Positions 19,368 through 29,237 of a stretch of DNA of 57,668 nucleotides are shown one piece after another (positions within the stretch are counted from its first letter, which is position 1; each line of letters starts with the position of its first letter). This stretch comes from Candidatus Saccharimonadota bacterium (GTDB lineage Bacteria; Patescibacteriota; Saccharimonadia; Saccharimonadales; AWTP1-31), in contig DAISWP010000002.1 in NCBI GenBank assembly GCA_036826335.1, forward strand, positions 33,583-91,250, given 5' to 3'. The notes beneath the pieces are model-generated. The model worked only from the letters and a program-made list of their open reading frames with translations. It searched no databases and was not told where the DNA came from. The position numbers and the translations under genes were made by a program.

Positions 19368-21836
19368 TCAGTTGGCTACGACAAGATTAACAAGTTTACC
19401 GGGCACAAATATTTCCCTTTGAATTGTCTTTCCGTCAATTAACGTTTTAACGTGTACGTCGTCTTTTGCACGTGCAATGGCTTCGTCTTCAGTTGCATCG
19501 GATTGTATTTGCAATTGAGCACGAACCTTGCCGTTGACCTGAACCACCAAAGTCACTATGTCGTCTTGCAGATATTTATCGTCTAGTCTTGGCCAGTGAT
19601 CTTTGTGAACGCTATCACTGTGACCGAGCTGCTGCCACAGCTCTTCGGCTGTATGCGGCGCGAATGGAGCGATCAACATAGCCATGGACTCCAGAGACTC
19701 TTTCCAGGCATCGCATTTACCAAAGGGCACCTGGTTCTTCAGTAAGTACAGCTTATTAACAGCGTCCATGTTTGCGGCAATAGCTGTGTTAAAACGATCA
19801 CCTTCGATATCTTCAGTAACCTTCTTGGTTGCCTTGTTTGTTACCGACAGGAGCTGTTTGGTTTGGTCGTGTGTTAACTCAACATCTTCGGCTTCCAGGA
19901 ATTCCTGGGTAATGTTCCATAATCTAGATAGGAATCTGTGTGCACCAGGCACGCCTTGCTGATCCCAACGCGCCCCAAGCTCTAACGGTGCAGCAAACAT
20001 AAGATACGTCCTAAGCGCGTCAGCGCCATAGCCTTGGGCAATGATATCTAGTGGGTCTGGCCCATTACCAAGGGTTTTAGAGAAGGCTGCCCCGTCTTTG
20101 GCGGTAACTTTGCCGTTATAGAGCATCTGCTTAAAAGGCTCTGGTCGGTCGAGTAGACCAAGCTTGTTAAAGAACCGGGTAATAAATCGAGCGTATAACA
20201 AGTGTGCAGTGGCATGGTCGGCGCCATTGTAAAAATCGACTGGCATCCATTTATTAACAATCGAACTATCGAATATTTTGTGCTGATTATGCGGATCTAG
20301 GTAGCGGAACATATACCAGGCACTATCGACATAGGTGTCCATAGTGTCTGTCTCGCGTTCGGCAGGGCCATCACATTTCGGGCAAGTGGTCGTTAGCCAG
20401 TCTTTGGCTCGTGCCAAGGCACTGCGCCCATCACCGCTCGGAGCAAAATCGGTTAGCTCTGGCAGTATAACTGGCAATTGATCTTCACTCAGTACAACTG
20501 GACCGCACTTTGCACAATTGACCACCGGGATAGGTGCCCCCCAGTAGCGTTGCCGAGATATACTCCAGTCACGCATTTTGTAATTTATCTTTTCACGACC
20601 GGCACCAGTTTTTACTAGTTCATTCAAAATGTTTTGGCGACCCTCAGCAAATGTCTGGCCATCGAACGAATCTGAATTTGCCAACAGATACTTCTTGGGT
20701 GCTTTTTTTATCTCTGCGTACGAAACAAACTCTTGCTGCTCGGTAGTGTAGATAATGTCTAGGTTATACTTTTTTGCAAATTCGTTATCACGCTCGTCCT
20801 CACCTGGCACCGCCATAATTGCGCCCGTACCATACCCAGCTAGGACGTAATCGGCTACCCAGATAGGGATCGCCTCGTTGTTAATTGGATTGATAGCATA
20901 TGCTCCAGTAAACACACCTGATTTATCCTTGCCTGCTTGCTGCCGTTGCAGTTCTGTTTTGCGCAGAGCAAGTTCTCGATACTCTCTTACCGGGTTCTGG
21001 TTTTCTTTTATAGTAAGGTTATCTATCAGTTCGTTTTCCGGGGCTAACACCAAGAAGGTCGCCCCAAAAATAGTGTCGTGTGCTGTCGTAAATACCGTGA
21101 TAGTTTCTTCGGAGTCCTTAACCTTAAAATCGACCTCTGCGCCAATGCTTTTACCAATCCAGTTCTTCTGGGCCAGCTTAACGCTCTCCGTCCAGTTCAA
21201 CTCATCGGTTGCTTCGAGAAGCTCGTCAGCGTACTCAGTGATCTTAAAGAACCATTGTTTAACTTCCTTTTTTTCGACGAGTGGGTCATCTTTGCCCTCA
21301 TGTCGCCAACACTTTCCGTCAACAATTTGCTCATTTGCTAATACTGTCTGGCATTTAGTGCACCACCATTGCCAGCGGCTATCTTGATAGGCTAGACCAT
21401 GTTCGTACATTTTTACAAAAATCCACTGGGTCCATTTGTAATACTCTGGCTCGCTCGTGGTGATTTCTTTTTCCCAGTCGTTGCCCCAGCCCATGGCCTG
21501 GTATTGCTTGTGGTAGTCGGGAACGATCTTAGCCATACTTTCTTGGGGGGAGACGCCAGCCTTTATGGCATAGTTCTCGGCGGGGAGGCCAAATGAATCC
21601 CACCCAACGGGGTTAAAGCTTTCGTAACCCTGCTGTCGCTTATATCGAGCTAAGACATCACTAATTGTGAAGTTCATTGCATGACCAACATGTATGCCGG
21701 CACCACTGGGGTAGTTGAACATGCCAAACGCAATATATTTTGGTTTTGGGCTCTCTAAGTCAGTAGTATATAGGTTGGTTTCTTGCCAAATCTTTTGCCA
21801 CTTTGGCTCAATATCTTTTGGGTTATACCGTTTCAT
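19368..21836 (-). CDS. leuS: Leucyl-tRNA synthetase
   Basis: HIGH-type HVGH motif and bacterial LeuRS architecture. Start is ATG 21836 (MKRYNP...) or 21842. Confidence 0.95.
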   Translation of the reverse strand: MKRYNPKDIEPKWQKIWQETNLYTTDLESPKPKYIAFGMFNYPSGAGIHVGHAMNFTISDVLARYKRQQGYESFNPVGWDSFGLPAENYAIKAGVSPQESMAKIVPDYHKQYQAMGWGNDWEKEITTSEPEYYKWTQWIFVKMYEHGLAYQDSRWQWWCTKCQTVLANEQIVDGKCWRHEGKDDPLVEKKEVKQWFFKITEYADELLEATDELNWTESVKLAQKNWIGKSIGAEVDFKVKDSEETITVFTTAHDTIFGATFLVLAPENELIDNLTIKENQNPVREYRELALRKTELQRQQAGKDKSGVFTGAYAINPINNEAIPIWVADYVLAGYGTGAIMAVPGEDERDNEFAKKYNLDIIYTTEQQEFVSYAEIKKAPKKYLLANSDSFDGQTFAEGRQNILNELVKTGAGREKINYKMRDWSISRQRYWGAPIPVVNCAKCGPVVLSEDQLPVILPELTDFAPSGDGRSALARAKDWLTTTCPKCDGPAERETDTMDTYVDSAWYMFRYLDPHNQHKIFDSSIVNKWMPVDFYNGADHATAHLLYARFITRFFNKLGLLDRPEPFKQMLYNGKVTAKDGAAFSKTLGNGPDPLDIIAQGYGADALRTYLMFAAPLELGARWDQQGVPGAHRFLSRLWNITQEFLEAEDVELTHDQTKQLLSVTNKATKKVTEDIEGDRFNTAIAANMDAVNKLYLLKNQVPFGKCDAWKESLESMAMLIAPFAPHTAEELWQQLGHSDSVHKDHWPRLDDKYLQDDIVTLVVQVNGKVRAQLQIQSDATEDEAIARAKDDVHVKTLIDGKTIQREIFVPGKLVNLVVAN

Positions 21837-21873
21837 CCACATTATTATAGGCGAAACTTACTCTAGTGACTAC

Positions 21874-22746
21874 CTATTGGGGTGTCTGTGCATAATATAT
21901 ACCACGTGAACTTTTATTCAGCTTCAGCAACTGCGTTACTGTTACCAGCCGAAAATGCTGTTTTAAGTTAGGAATTATTTGCTCTAGAGCCTTTGCCGTA
22001 ACCACCCTATCGTGCAGTAAAACGATCGCTCCAGCCTTAGCTTGTGTAACCACTAAGCCAACAACCGCATTTGGATCTTTTTCATGCCAGTCGTGAGGGT
22101 CTACATTCCAAAGAATGATGGGCGTTTGTATTTTCGTGATTACAGCATCGTTTAGTGCACCGTATGGCGGTCGAAATAAGGATGGCTCCGGCACACCTGC
22201 CGCTTTTATGGCTTGCTGACCCATGGTGACTTGTTGTTCTACATGATCGAATGGGATTTTTGTCAAAAATGGATGCGCCCAACTATGATTGCCAATATCA
22301 TGCCCTGCGGCATACATTCTTCGAATTAACCCTGGCTCATTAACACTGCGGTTACCGACCAGAAAGAAGCTGGCTTTGGTGTTATCTTTCGCTAGCGCAT
22401 CGAGTATCATAGCGGTGCTCGGCCTATCCGGCCCGTCATCAAATGTAAGCGCAAGGCAGGCTTCTTTGTCGCAATCGACTGGCTCCTGTTCAAGCTGCAG
22501 GGGCAACTCCGCAAAAGACATATCTTGTTTTATGCTCTGCCACGGGAACATTGCTGGTTTTTGAACAGCCAGATCACTGGACAGCCGGATAACATCGGGG
22601 TTGCTGTCACTGCCCAATTTCTTTTTTGGGTTGTTTGACAGGAGCAGAGTGCCAGACACAAGAAAACCAGCCAGCAATAGGCCCATGAATCCCTGCAAGA
22701 ACAGGGTATGCAGTATCGTCCGTGTGTGATTGCTATTCTTTTTCAA
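21874..22746 (-). CDS. Polysaccharide deacetylase (NodB homology domain), membrane-anchored
   Basis: N-terminal TM segment with LTFDDGP, HSWAHP and RPPYG motifs. Confidence 0.85.
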   Translation of the reverse strand: MKKNSNHTRTILHTLFLQGFMGLLLAGFLVSGTLLLSNNPKKKLGSDSNPDVIRLSSDLAVQKPAMFPWQSIKQDMSFAELPLQLEQEPVDCDKEACLALTFDDGPDRPSTAMILDALAKDNTKASFFLVGNRSVNEPGLIRRMYAAGHDIGNHSWAHPFLTKIPFDHVEQQVTMGQQAIKAAGVPEPSLFRPPYGALNDAVITKIQTPIILWNVDPHDWHEKDPNAVVGLVVTQAKAGAIVLLHDRVVTAKALEQIIPNLKQHFRLVTVTQLLKLNKSSRGIYYAQTPQ

Positions 22747-22793
22747 ATGTTGCTAGTGTAACGCTAAGTTATCAGAAAATAAAGTGCGTCAAC

Positions 22794-23822
22794 CTACAAA
22801 TGACGCCTACGTTTGCGCGCATACTCAACTACAAAATTGGGGATGTATTTTACTCTGTTAATAACTAGGTCCTGGGCGTGCAGGTATTCAACATCTTCAC
22901 CACGGAAACCACGCTTAAATACTGACACCCCGTAGAATCTGTGTTTGGTTTGGTCTGGTTGGACGACACCCCAAAAATTATAACGTTCACAACCTCGACG
23001 TTTTGCTTCTTGTATGGCTGCCCACTGTATGGCGTACGCACCAGGCTCTTTTCGCCCAAGATCAGTGCTTGCACCATAGTGATAAGCTGCTTCCTTGTTG
23101 TAGAAAATTATAAATGCCTGTGCGATAAGCTTACCGTCCTTCGTGTGGGCGCTGTATAACAATACCTTGTCCTCTGCTGCGAATGTCTCAAACTGTTTTT
23201 GCAAAAAGCGCTTACCATAAGGCACAAACCCATGTCGACGCGCGGTTGCTAGCTGTAACATATAAAATTCTTCAATCGCTTTTACATCAGTCGTCGAGCT
23301 GATTTTTATTCCTCGCTTGTCTGCTTGTTTCAACTCGTAGCGTGTGTTCTTGCGAAATTCGGCCAACAAGCTACTCTCGTCTTTAGTGATGTCAAGCTGA
23401 GATGTAAGCTCTGCGTGCAAATGCATTTGCGCAGATACAAAACCGAGGCGCCTAAATATGTTTTTGTATTTTGTGGAAGTAACTATCTGTGGGCGCACCC
23501 GAATAAACACACACTTCTCGCGTTTTGCGATACGTTTCATTTCAGCAACAGCTTTTTTGGCCAAAGCAGAGTCTTCCCAATCGATAATCGGTCCAGCCGG
23601 CACAATAAGGTGTCGACCACGCTTCGCGTTCTCTACAATTGCCAGCATGACACCCACCAGCTGGCCATTCTTAAAAAAGCCGCACCTGTGTACACGGTGG
23701 CCGAGGCGTTCATGAAAGTCTGCCCAGAACCATGAATGTAAAAAGTTCGCTTCTGGATGTTGGGCCATGAACACTTCCCATACATCTTTTTCTGTAATTG
23801 GTTCTACGCTAATTTCAGCCAT
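22794..23822 (-). CDS. FemAB-family peptidoglycan peptide-bridge aminoacyltransferase
   Basis: Conserved N-terminus begins MAEISVEPI... at ATG 23822 (RBS AAAGG). Also carries FLHSWFWADFHE and YHYGASTD...YAIQWAAIQEAKRRGCERYNFWGV. The 54-codon upstream extension in the ORF track overlaps the DegT gene. Confidence 0.85.
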   Translation of the reverse strand: MAEISVEPITEKDVWEVFMAQHPEANFLHSWFWADFHERLGHRVHRCGFFKNGQLVGVMLAIVENAKRGRHLIVPAGPIIDWEDSALAKKAVAEMKRIAKREKCVFIRVRPQIVTSTKYKNIFRRLGFVSAQMHLHAELTSQLDITKDESSLLAEFRKNTRYELKQADKRGIKISSTTDVKAIEEFYMLQLATARRHGFVPYGKRFLQKQFETFAAEDKVLLYSAHTKDGKLIAQAFIIFYNKEAAYHYGASTDLGRKEPGAYAIQWAAIQEAKRRGCERYNFWGVVQPDQTKHRFYGVSVFKRGFRGEDVEYLHAQDLVINRVKYIPNFVVEYARKRRRHL

Positions 23823-24982
23823 GTGTTTACCTTTTCTGCAATTATTTTTGCCTGCCTCTCGTTTACATGCGTATGGGTGGGGAGGTTTACAATAGTGGAA
23901 GCAAGCGTTTCTGCATTTGGGCACTGACCATTGTAGTCGGTCAGGGATTGATATTTCTTTGGCCCTATTGGTGCGTCGTACCAAATATCAGATAGGTATA
24001 TATGATTTTTCTGTAAATAACTCAGGAGCTTCTCTCGGTTATTGACGAGGATCGGGAAGCGCAAGTAGCCAGCCGTGTCATCGAACTCTGTCTGAACGGA
24101 TTCGTCTAAAACTTTATGGTAGACAGCGGCAATCATTTTTCGGTGGCTAATCGTTGCTGAGAGATTTTCGATGGCAAGTCGTGCTTCCCTTGCATGCCAG
24201 GGCGACAATGCATGAACAGTGCCAGCCCCACCCGACATTGGCCGTGGCAAGGCCCGAACTGCTTTCATGATTTTAAGCAAAACTCTTCCAACCCCAAAAC
24301 GAATTGTTGATCGTATGATAACGGTGGAGACTGGGTAGACCCGGGCAACAAAACGCTGGCGTAACGACAAGTAGGGATTACTGGTTGTGGCTGCCTCTCT
24401 TTCGTGTCGATCAACAAGCGCACCGCCGCTGACCGCATCGATCATTTTATCCTGGCTAAACGAAAGCGCAGCCCATACTCCAATGGTACCCATCTTTTCA
24501 CCATTTTTGTACTGTAAGCCCGCAGCATGCGCAAGGTCTTCAGCAAGCTGTACCTTGTATTGATTACAAATTCTTTGGATGGCAGCAACGTCCGCAGGTA
24601 TGCCAAATGTATTCTGCACGATAACAACTTTTATATTTTGATTCTCCTTGAGTGCACACTCTAAAGAGCTGGGCGAGAAATTAAACTCTCGTTCTGGGAC
24701 ATCAATATAATACGGTTTTAAACCGGCACTTATAATAGCCTCGTAGACTGCGTAACAAGTAAACCCATTAATAGCGACTAGGCTATCTGCCGGGATTTCT
24801 AATTGCTTCAGGCCAAGACATATCGCCTCGCGGCACTTATATGTTATCTGGACATTGGTTGCTTTATATTCTTGTCTTAGTGCGGCAACCAGTTCTGAAT
24901 TTTCGTGCGAACGGGCGGGTTTCAAGATGCGCGCTATCGTGTGGCGGTCATAGTTTGAGCCAAGCGAGTTAAAAATACTCAT
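23804..24982 (-). CDS. DegT/DnrJ/EryC1/StrS-family PLP aminotransferase
   Basis: 392 aa. ALSFSQDKMI contains the candidate PLP lysine. Fold-type I pattern. Confidence 0.8.
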   Translation of the reverse strand: MSIFNSLGSNYDRHTIARILKPARSHENSELVAALRQEYKATNVQITYKCREAICLGLKQLEIPADSLVAINGFTCYAVYEAIISAGLKPYYIDVPEREFNFSPSSLECALKENQNIKVVIVQNTFGIPADVAAIQRICNQYKVQLAEDLAHAAGLQYKNGEKMGTIGVWAALSFSQDKMIDAVSGGALVDRHEREAATTSNPYLSLRQRFVARVYPVSTVIIRSTIRFGVGRVLLKIMKAVRALPRPMSGGAGTVHALSPWHAREARLAIENLSATISHRKMIAAVYHKVLDESVQTEFDDTAGYLRFPILVNNREKLLSYLQKNHIYLSDIWYDAPIGPKKYQSLTDYNGQCPNAETLASTIVNLPTHTHVNERQAKIIAEKVNTWLKLA

Positions 24983-25671
24983 CAGCGCACCACCTCTTCA
25001 ATTATTGCTGCAACCTCACCTGGATGAGTGAACATGGGGGCGTGGCGAGCATTCTGAATGATGTTTAATTTGGCTCCTGGAATTGTCTTTGCTAAAAATT
25101 TAGCGTCAGCTATGGGTGTTTGCTGATCTGCTATACCCCAAATAAGGGTGGTCGGGACATCAATTTTATCAAAAGCAATTGTCGTGTTTGCCTTGAGCAT
25201 ATTCTGCATGGTTTTTTTCATATTTGGTGGAGCTTGCTGGTAGTCTTGGGCCCCGATGACTCGATAGACGACACGCTTCAGAGTTGGGATTTTAGCAATC
25301 GGCCTGCCAAGCTTACTCAACGCCCGCAATACTCCAAGCTTTAAACGAGCAAGTGGCTGCTGATGCGGTACACCGGCAGAGTCAATAAGAATTAAATCGC
25401 TAAAAGTACCCGGGTATTTCGTAAGATAGTTCAGCGCAATACGACCACCGTTAGAATGCCCGATTACAACTGGGTATTCTTGGGTTTTTATTTTCTCATG
25501 CAGCCACGCCACATAGCCGTCCATATCCCAAACTTTTGCACTAGGCTCAGTTAGCCCTGGGACCTTGAGCAGAACAAGCTCAATCCCTTTCGACGCAAGC
25601 AGTGATTGAATTGGCTGCCATTTCTCGAGGCTATATGTCCACCCATGAATAACAAAGAGTTTCTTTTTCAT
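24982..25671 (-). CDS. Alpha/beta hydrolase
   Basis: GHSNGG nucleophile elbow. 229 aa. Overlaps both neighbouring genes. Confidence 0.8.
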   Translation of the reverse strand: MKKKLFVIHGWTYSLEKWQPIQSLLASKGIELVLLKVPGLTEPSAKVWDMDGYVAWLHEKIKTQEYPVVIGHSNGGRIALNYLTKYPGTFSDLILIDSAGVPHQQPLARLKLGVLRALSKLGRPIAKIPTLKRVVYRVIGAQDYQQAPPNMKKTMQNMLKANTTIAFDKIDVPTTLIWGIADQQTPIADAKFLAKTIPGAKLNIIQNARHAPMFTHPGEVAAIIEEVVR

Positions 25672-26942
25672 AGACCAAAATCTTTTCTTCGACGTTGTTG
25701 CATGCCATCTTGTCTTACCAATTTTGCTTTATCATCTTGGTCGGCGAGCAGCACCTCGATAACCCCTTCCAAAAAACCTGCTCCTTTGAATAAAATTGCT
25801 TCACCGCCTTTTAGCTGCTCCAAAAGGTAGTCTCTGAGTTCTGCTGGGTGCTCAAAAATACCGACACGTGAAGCCTGCCTAAACGCATCGGGGAGCAATG
25901 GGGCTGTTTGCTGACTAATACGTTTGCCGACGAGCAAGACTCTTTCAAAGTGCTTACCGACGAGCAAATCTGCAATCTTGGCGTGTTCCCGTGCTTCGTT
26001 TTTTCCTTGTTCAAGGAGATCCCCCAGGACAAGCCATTTATGGTCTGCCGAGAGCGTATCAAACATATCAACGACGGTCTTCAAACTGTCAAAATTAGAG
26101 TTATTGTAGGTGCTGTCTATAATCGTGGTTCCTCGTACACCCTTTAATACGCTCGTCCTCCCTGGGGGCGGAATAAACGCCCTATAGGCGACATCTGGCT
26201 GCTTGCCCAGAAGTGTCAGCAGCCTATCCACAAAGGCAATCTGATAGTAGACGGCCCTCGGCTGAATGCCGGGTACACTGTAAGTTTTTTCATTAAACTC
26301 AAATGTTGTTTCCGTAAAACTAACAGAATATTTTGCTAGATCATCCAAGGACACCTCTTCTACACTTGCCTTGGTTCGCTTAACCTGCAGTTTTACCAAT
26401 TTACTATCGCCATTTAAGATAACGTGCTCTTTTGTTTTTGCAAGTAGGTTCCCATATTCGTATGCAATCGCCTCTTCTGGCCGTTTAAAATGACCATCCC
26501 CTACCACTTCATCAAATTTGTCAGTGTGCGTGTGCAGCGAGCTAACCCACAATGTAATATCTGGATGCAATAAATTTGCCAAAAACTGTGCTTCCTTTGG
26601 ACGGTCAGCATCCACCTCAACTACATACATTTTTTGTGCATACGTCGGCGTCAATGCCCTGAAGGGTGCTTTAATGAATAAACCAAACCAGTCCCAACGA
26701 GATTGGTGAATTTGTTCAAGCCCTAAAATATCAAATGGTATGCCATACGCACTGTTGGCATGATGCGAGTAGTGAGCCTCTTTGCCCAGCTGTGCCTCAA
26801 TAAGATGCAGCAGGGTTGTTTTTCCCGCCGAACCAGTTACAACGATAATCTTTGGTGCCCAACGATGAAGTTTTATTGAAGCCCAAATACGAAAATACGC
26901 TGCAAGAGTAAAATAAAGCCGCCGCTTGAGCGTTGTTACCAT
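25668..26942 (-). CDS. Mur-ligase-family protein (MurF/MurT-like)
   Basis: VTGSAGKTTLLHL P-loop with central and C-terminal Mur-ligase-like regions. 424 aa. Confidence 0.75.
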   Translation of the reverse strand: MVTTLKRRLYFTLAAYFRIWASIKLHRWAPKIIVVTGSAGKTTLLHLIEAQLGKEAHYSHHANSAYGIPFDILGLEQIHQSRWDWFGLFIKAPFRALTPTYAQKMYVVEVDADRPKEAQFLANLLHPDITLWVSSLHTHTDKFDEVVGDGHFKRPEEAIAYEYGNLLAKTKEHVILNGDSKLVKLQVKRTKASVEEVSLDDLAKYSVSFTETTFEFNEKTYSVPGIQPRAVYYQIAFVDRLLTLLGKQPDVAYRAFIPPPGRTSVLKGVRGTTIIDSTYNNSNFDSLKTVVDMFDTLSADHKWLVLGDLLEQGKNEAREHAKIADLLVGKHFERVLLVGKRISQQTAPLLPDAFRQASRVGIFEHPAELRDYLLEQLKGGEAILFKGAGFLEGVIEVLLADQDDKAKLVRQDGMQQRRRKDFGL

Positions 26943-26968
26943 ATGCTCTATTTTATCACTTAAACGGG

Positions 26969-27886
26969 TTACTGTAGATCGCGTATTTGTTTTTGCAAAT
27001 CCAAAATTGATAGATCTGTTTTTGGCACGTCTATTGGCGCTCGTAAACCAAAGCTCATATAGTCTTCTGTTTGTTGACCATCTTGGTACACAATCTGTAG
27101 TAGTCGATGCGAAGTTTTCGATACAGCGATTTTTGCTTCAACAGGGGGAGTGTTTTGGTACGCGTCACTCGACAGTTCAACAAGGTCACTATACCCTGCT
27201 GATTTAGCAACATTATTAAAGGCAGTAACGTACCTTGCAAGATCAATCTTCACCGAGTAAACCAACGCCCTCTTGCCGTTCACCTTTTCCTGCTTTACAT
27301 TATTATAGTCAACGCTATAGGCGTTGGAGTCTACAAGCGCCGTAAGTGCTCTTGTTCGATTGTCTTGTTGCAGGTTTCCAAATGGCAGTAGGCTGAGCAG
27401 TGCTTGCCGAAGATACTGTGGTTTAGTGGTTTCGCTCGAGTCACTTTTTGCCCAGGCGCCTTGAATGCGTCTATAGTCGGGTTTTTTTGCATCGGTCGTT
27501 TGGGCGGTCTGTATATCCAAGTACCTGCTGTAGTCGTGCGTACTGGTACCAATTGACTCAGTCTTTACGCTACTTTTTGCACCTGTCTGCCCTTTCTGCT
27601 GCAGTAGGACAACACTACGACTCGTAACTTGGTCGACAAAACTTACCTGCGTAGATTGTTGGATGGACTCAGGCTCTTGATTCATGCTGGTAACCTTTGT
27701 GTAGGAAGTTGTCGAGAGGTTGTTGCTTAGCATATCGTGAAAAACGCGTCGAGGGCTGCCGTAGATACGCGTCCACCAAATAACACCGCTCGCAACCCAT
27801 ACGATCAAACCCGCAAGTACAATCTGCCGAATCCAGAATATTGGTTGTCGTTGAGGGGTAATTTTGATTTTTTTGGGTTTGGGCAT
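26969..27886 (-). CDS. Membrane-anchored hypothetical protein
   Basis: MPKPKKIKITPQRQPIFWIRQIVLAGLIVWVASGVIWW signal-anchor. ATG 27886 fits the leaderless promoter. The longer ORF to 27970 would overlap rarA. Confidence 0.6.
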   Translation of the reverse strand: MPKPKKIKITPQRQPIFWIRQIVLAGLIVWVASGVIWWTRIYGSPRRVFHDMLSNNLSTTSYTKVTSMNQEPESIQQSTQVSFVDQVTSRSVVLLQQKGQTGAKSSVKTESIGTSTHDYSRYLDIQTAQTTDAKKPDYRRIQGAWAKSDSSETTKPQYLRQALLSLLPFGNLQQDNRTRALTALVDSNAYSVDYNNVKQEKVNGKRALVYSVKIDLARYVTAFNNVAKSAGYSDLVELSSDAYQNTPPVEAKIAVSKTSHRLLQIVYQDGQQTEDYMSFGLRAPIDVPKTDLSILDLQKQIRDLQ

Positions 27887-27892
27887 GTGAGT

Positions 27893-27901
27893 ATTGTACC
27901 A
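27893..27901 (-). promoter_or_regulatory. Extended -10 promoter (TGgTACAAT), leaderless; divergent from the rarA promoter
   Basis: Ends 6 nt before ATG 27886 on the minus strand. Confidence 0.45.
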
Positions 27902-27922
27902 GTTATTTGGCGAGAGTGGGGG

Positions 27923-27928
27923 TATACT
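27923..27928 (+). promoter_or_regulatory. -10 box (TATACT) for rarA, leaderless configuration
   Basis: TATACT, then 6 nt, then ATG 27935. Confidence 0.4.
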
Positions 27929-27934
27929 AGCTAC

Positions 27935-29116
27935 ATGAGTACCCCGCTCGCCGAAAGACTTCGACCGCAAACTTTAAAAGATGTTATTGGACAAGAACAT
28001 GTCATCGGCAAGGGCAAGTTACTCGACGAACTCATTCGTAAAAAACAGCTGACGAGTCTCATCCTTTGGGGACCACCAGGCAGCGGCAAAACAACGTTAG
28101 CGCGTATCCTTGCCAAGGAGACAGGCGCTGACTGGATCGAGTTGAGTGCGGTTACAGCTGGCGTGGCAGACGTCCGTAAAGTAATTGAGCACGCACAACA
28201 GAATGCACGTTTACAGATGCCAACTCTGTTATTCGTAGATGAGATTCACCGTTTTAATAAAGCACAACAAGATGCCTTTCTCCCCCACGTCGAACGAGGT
28301 ACTATTACGCTAATCGGTGCAACTACTGAGAATCCCTCGTTTGAAATAATCACACCGTTACTCAGTCGTAGCCGCGTTGTTGTCCTTGAGCCACTAGACA
28401 AAGCAAGTATGAAAGTACTTATAAAACGGGCGGCGAAGCTACTTCGCCTATCCGCCAAGCAGCTACCTGCCGCTTCGGTTGATATGCTTGCAGAATTATC
28501 GGGTGGTGATGGTCGGGTGGCACTTGGAAATTTAGAGGTTGCGCACCAGCTGGCAGAAAACAACTTCATCAGTAAAGAAATCGTACAAACTGCAGCACAA
28601 CGGCGCATACCGGGGTACGATAAAAACGGGGAAGCTCACTACAATATTATTAGTGCTTTTATAAAGTCCATGCGTGGTTCAGACCCAACTGCCGCCCTCT
28701 ATTATTTAGCACGCATGCTTCAGGCTGGGGAGGATCCAAAGTTTATTGCGCGCCGAATGGTTATCTTTGCCAGTGAGGATATCGGCACCGCGGCACCGGC
28801 AGCGCTGAACCTTGCTGTTAGCACCTTTCAGGCAGTGACGCAGATTGGCATGCCAGAAGCACAGTACAGTTTGTTTCATTGTGCAGTCGTGCTCACAAAG
28901 TGCGCTAAGTCACGGAGCGTCACAGATGCTATGGGTATGGCCCAAAATCTCGCCCGCGAGCAACCAGATTTACCAGTGCCATTACACCTCCGCAACGCGC
29001 CTACCAAGCTTCTGAAAGACCTCGGGTATAGTAAAGATTACCAGTGGCGAGCCGATTTTAAGCACAAAGACGGCTTTCTGCCACCAGAGCTCAAAGATGT
29101 TAACTTCTTCCTCTGA
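27935..29116 (+). CDS. rarA: Replication-associated recombination protein A (AAA+ ATPase)
   Basis: MSTPLAERLRPQTL..., GPPGSGKTT and LFVDEIHRFNK motifs, plus the C-terminal MgsA domain. The ORF-track start at 27737 is an extension. Confidence 0.9.
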   Translation: MSTPLAERLRPQTLKDVIGQEHVIGKGKLLDELIRKKQLTSLILWGPPGSGKTTLARILAKETGADWIELSAVTAGVADVRKVIEHAQQNARLQMPTLLFVDEIHRFNKAQQDAFLPHVERGTITLIGATTENPSFEIITPLLSRSRVVVLEPLDKASMKVLIKRAAKLLRLSAKQLPAASVDMLAELSGGDGRVALGNLEVAHQLAENNFISKEIVQTAAQRRIPGYDKNGEAHYNIISAFIKSMRGSDPTAALYYLARMLQAGEDPKFIARRMVIFASEDIGTAAPAALNLAVSTFQAVTQIGMPEAQYSLFHCAVVLTKCAKSRSVTDAMGMAQNLAREQPDLPVPLHLRNAPTKLLKDLGYSKDYQWRADFKHKDGFLPPELKDVNFFL

Positions 29117-29160
29117 GTCCTAGGAAAATACACCCATCTGTTATACAATCGAGCGGTTCT

Positions 29161-29237
<77 letters not shown>

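Noticed and set aside
20878-21387. Long antisense ORFs inside conserved genes: 20878..21387 in leuS, 33396..33938 in ligA, 47134..47589, 34045..34482, 23325..23735, 3559..3921, 28246..28608 and 55338..55712
   Set aside because: Each lies opposite a gene with strong family motifs. Their products are low-complexity and Ser/Pro/Arg-rich, as is typical of antisense frames, and none has start-site signals. I treated them as non-coding shadows.
22794-23984. N-terminally extended ORF-track models: FemAB to 23984, rarA from 27737, 26969..27970, NUDIX to 55759, purK from 318, and the ATPase from 2919
   Set aside because: The extensions overlap neighbouring genes or divergent promoters and add non-conserved sequence. 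Internal ATGs coincide with the conserved protein N-termini and with RBS or leaderless promoter signals.
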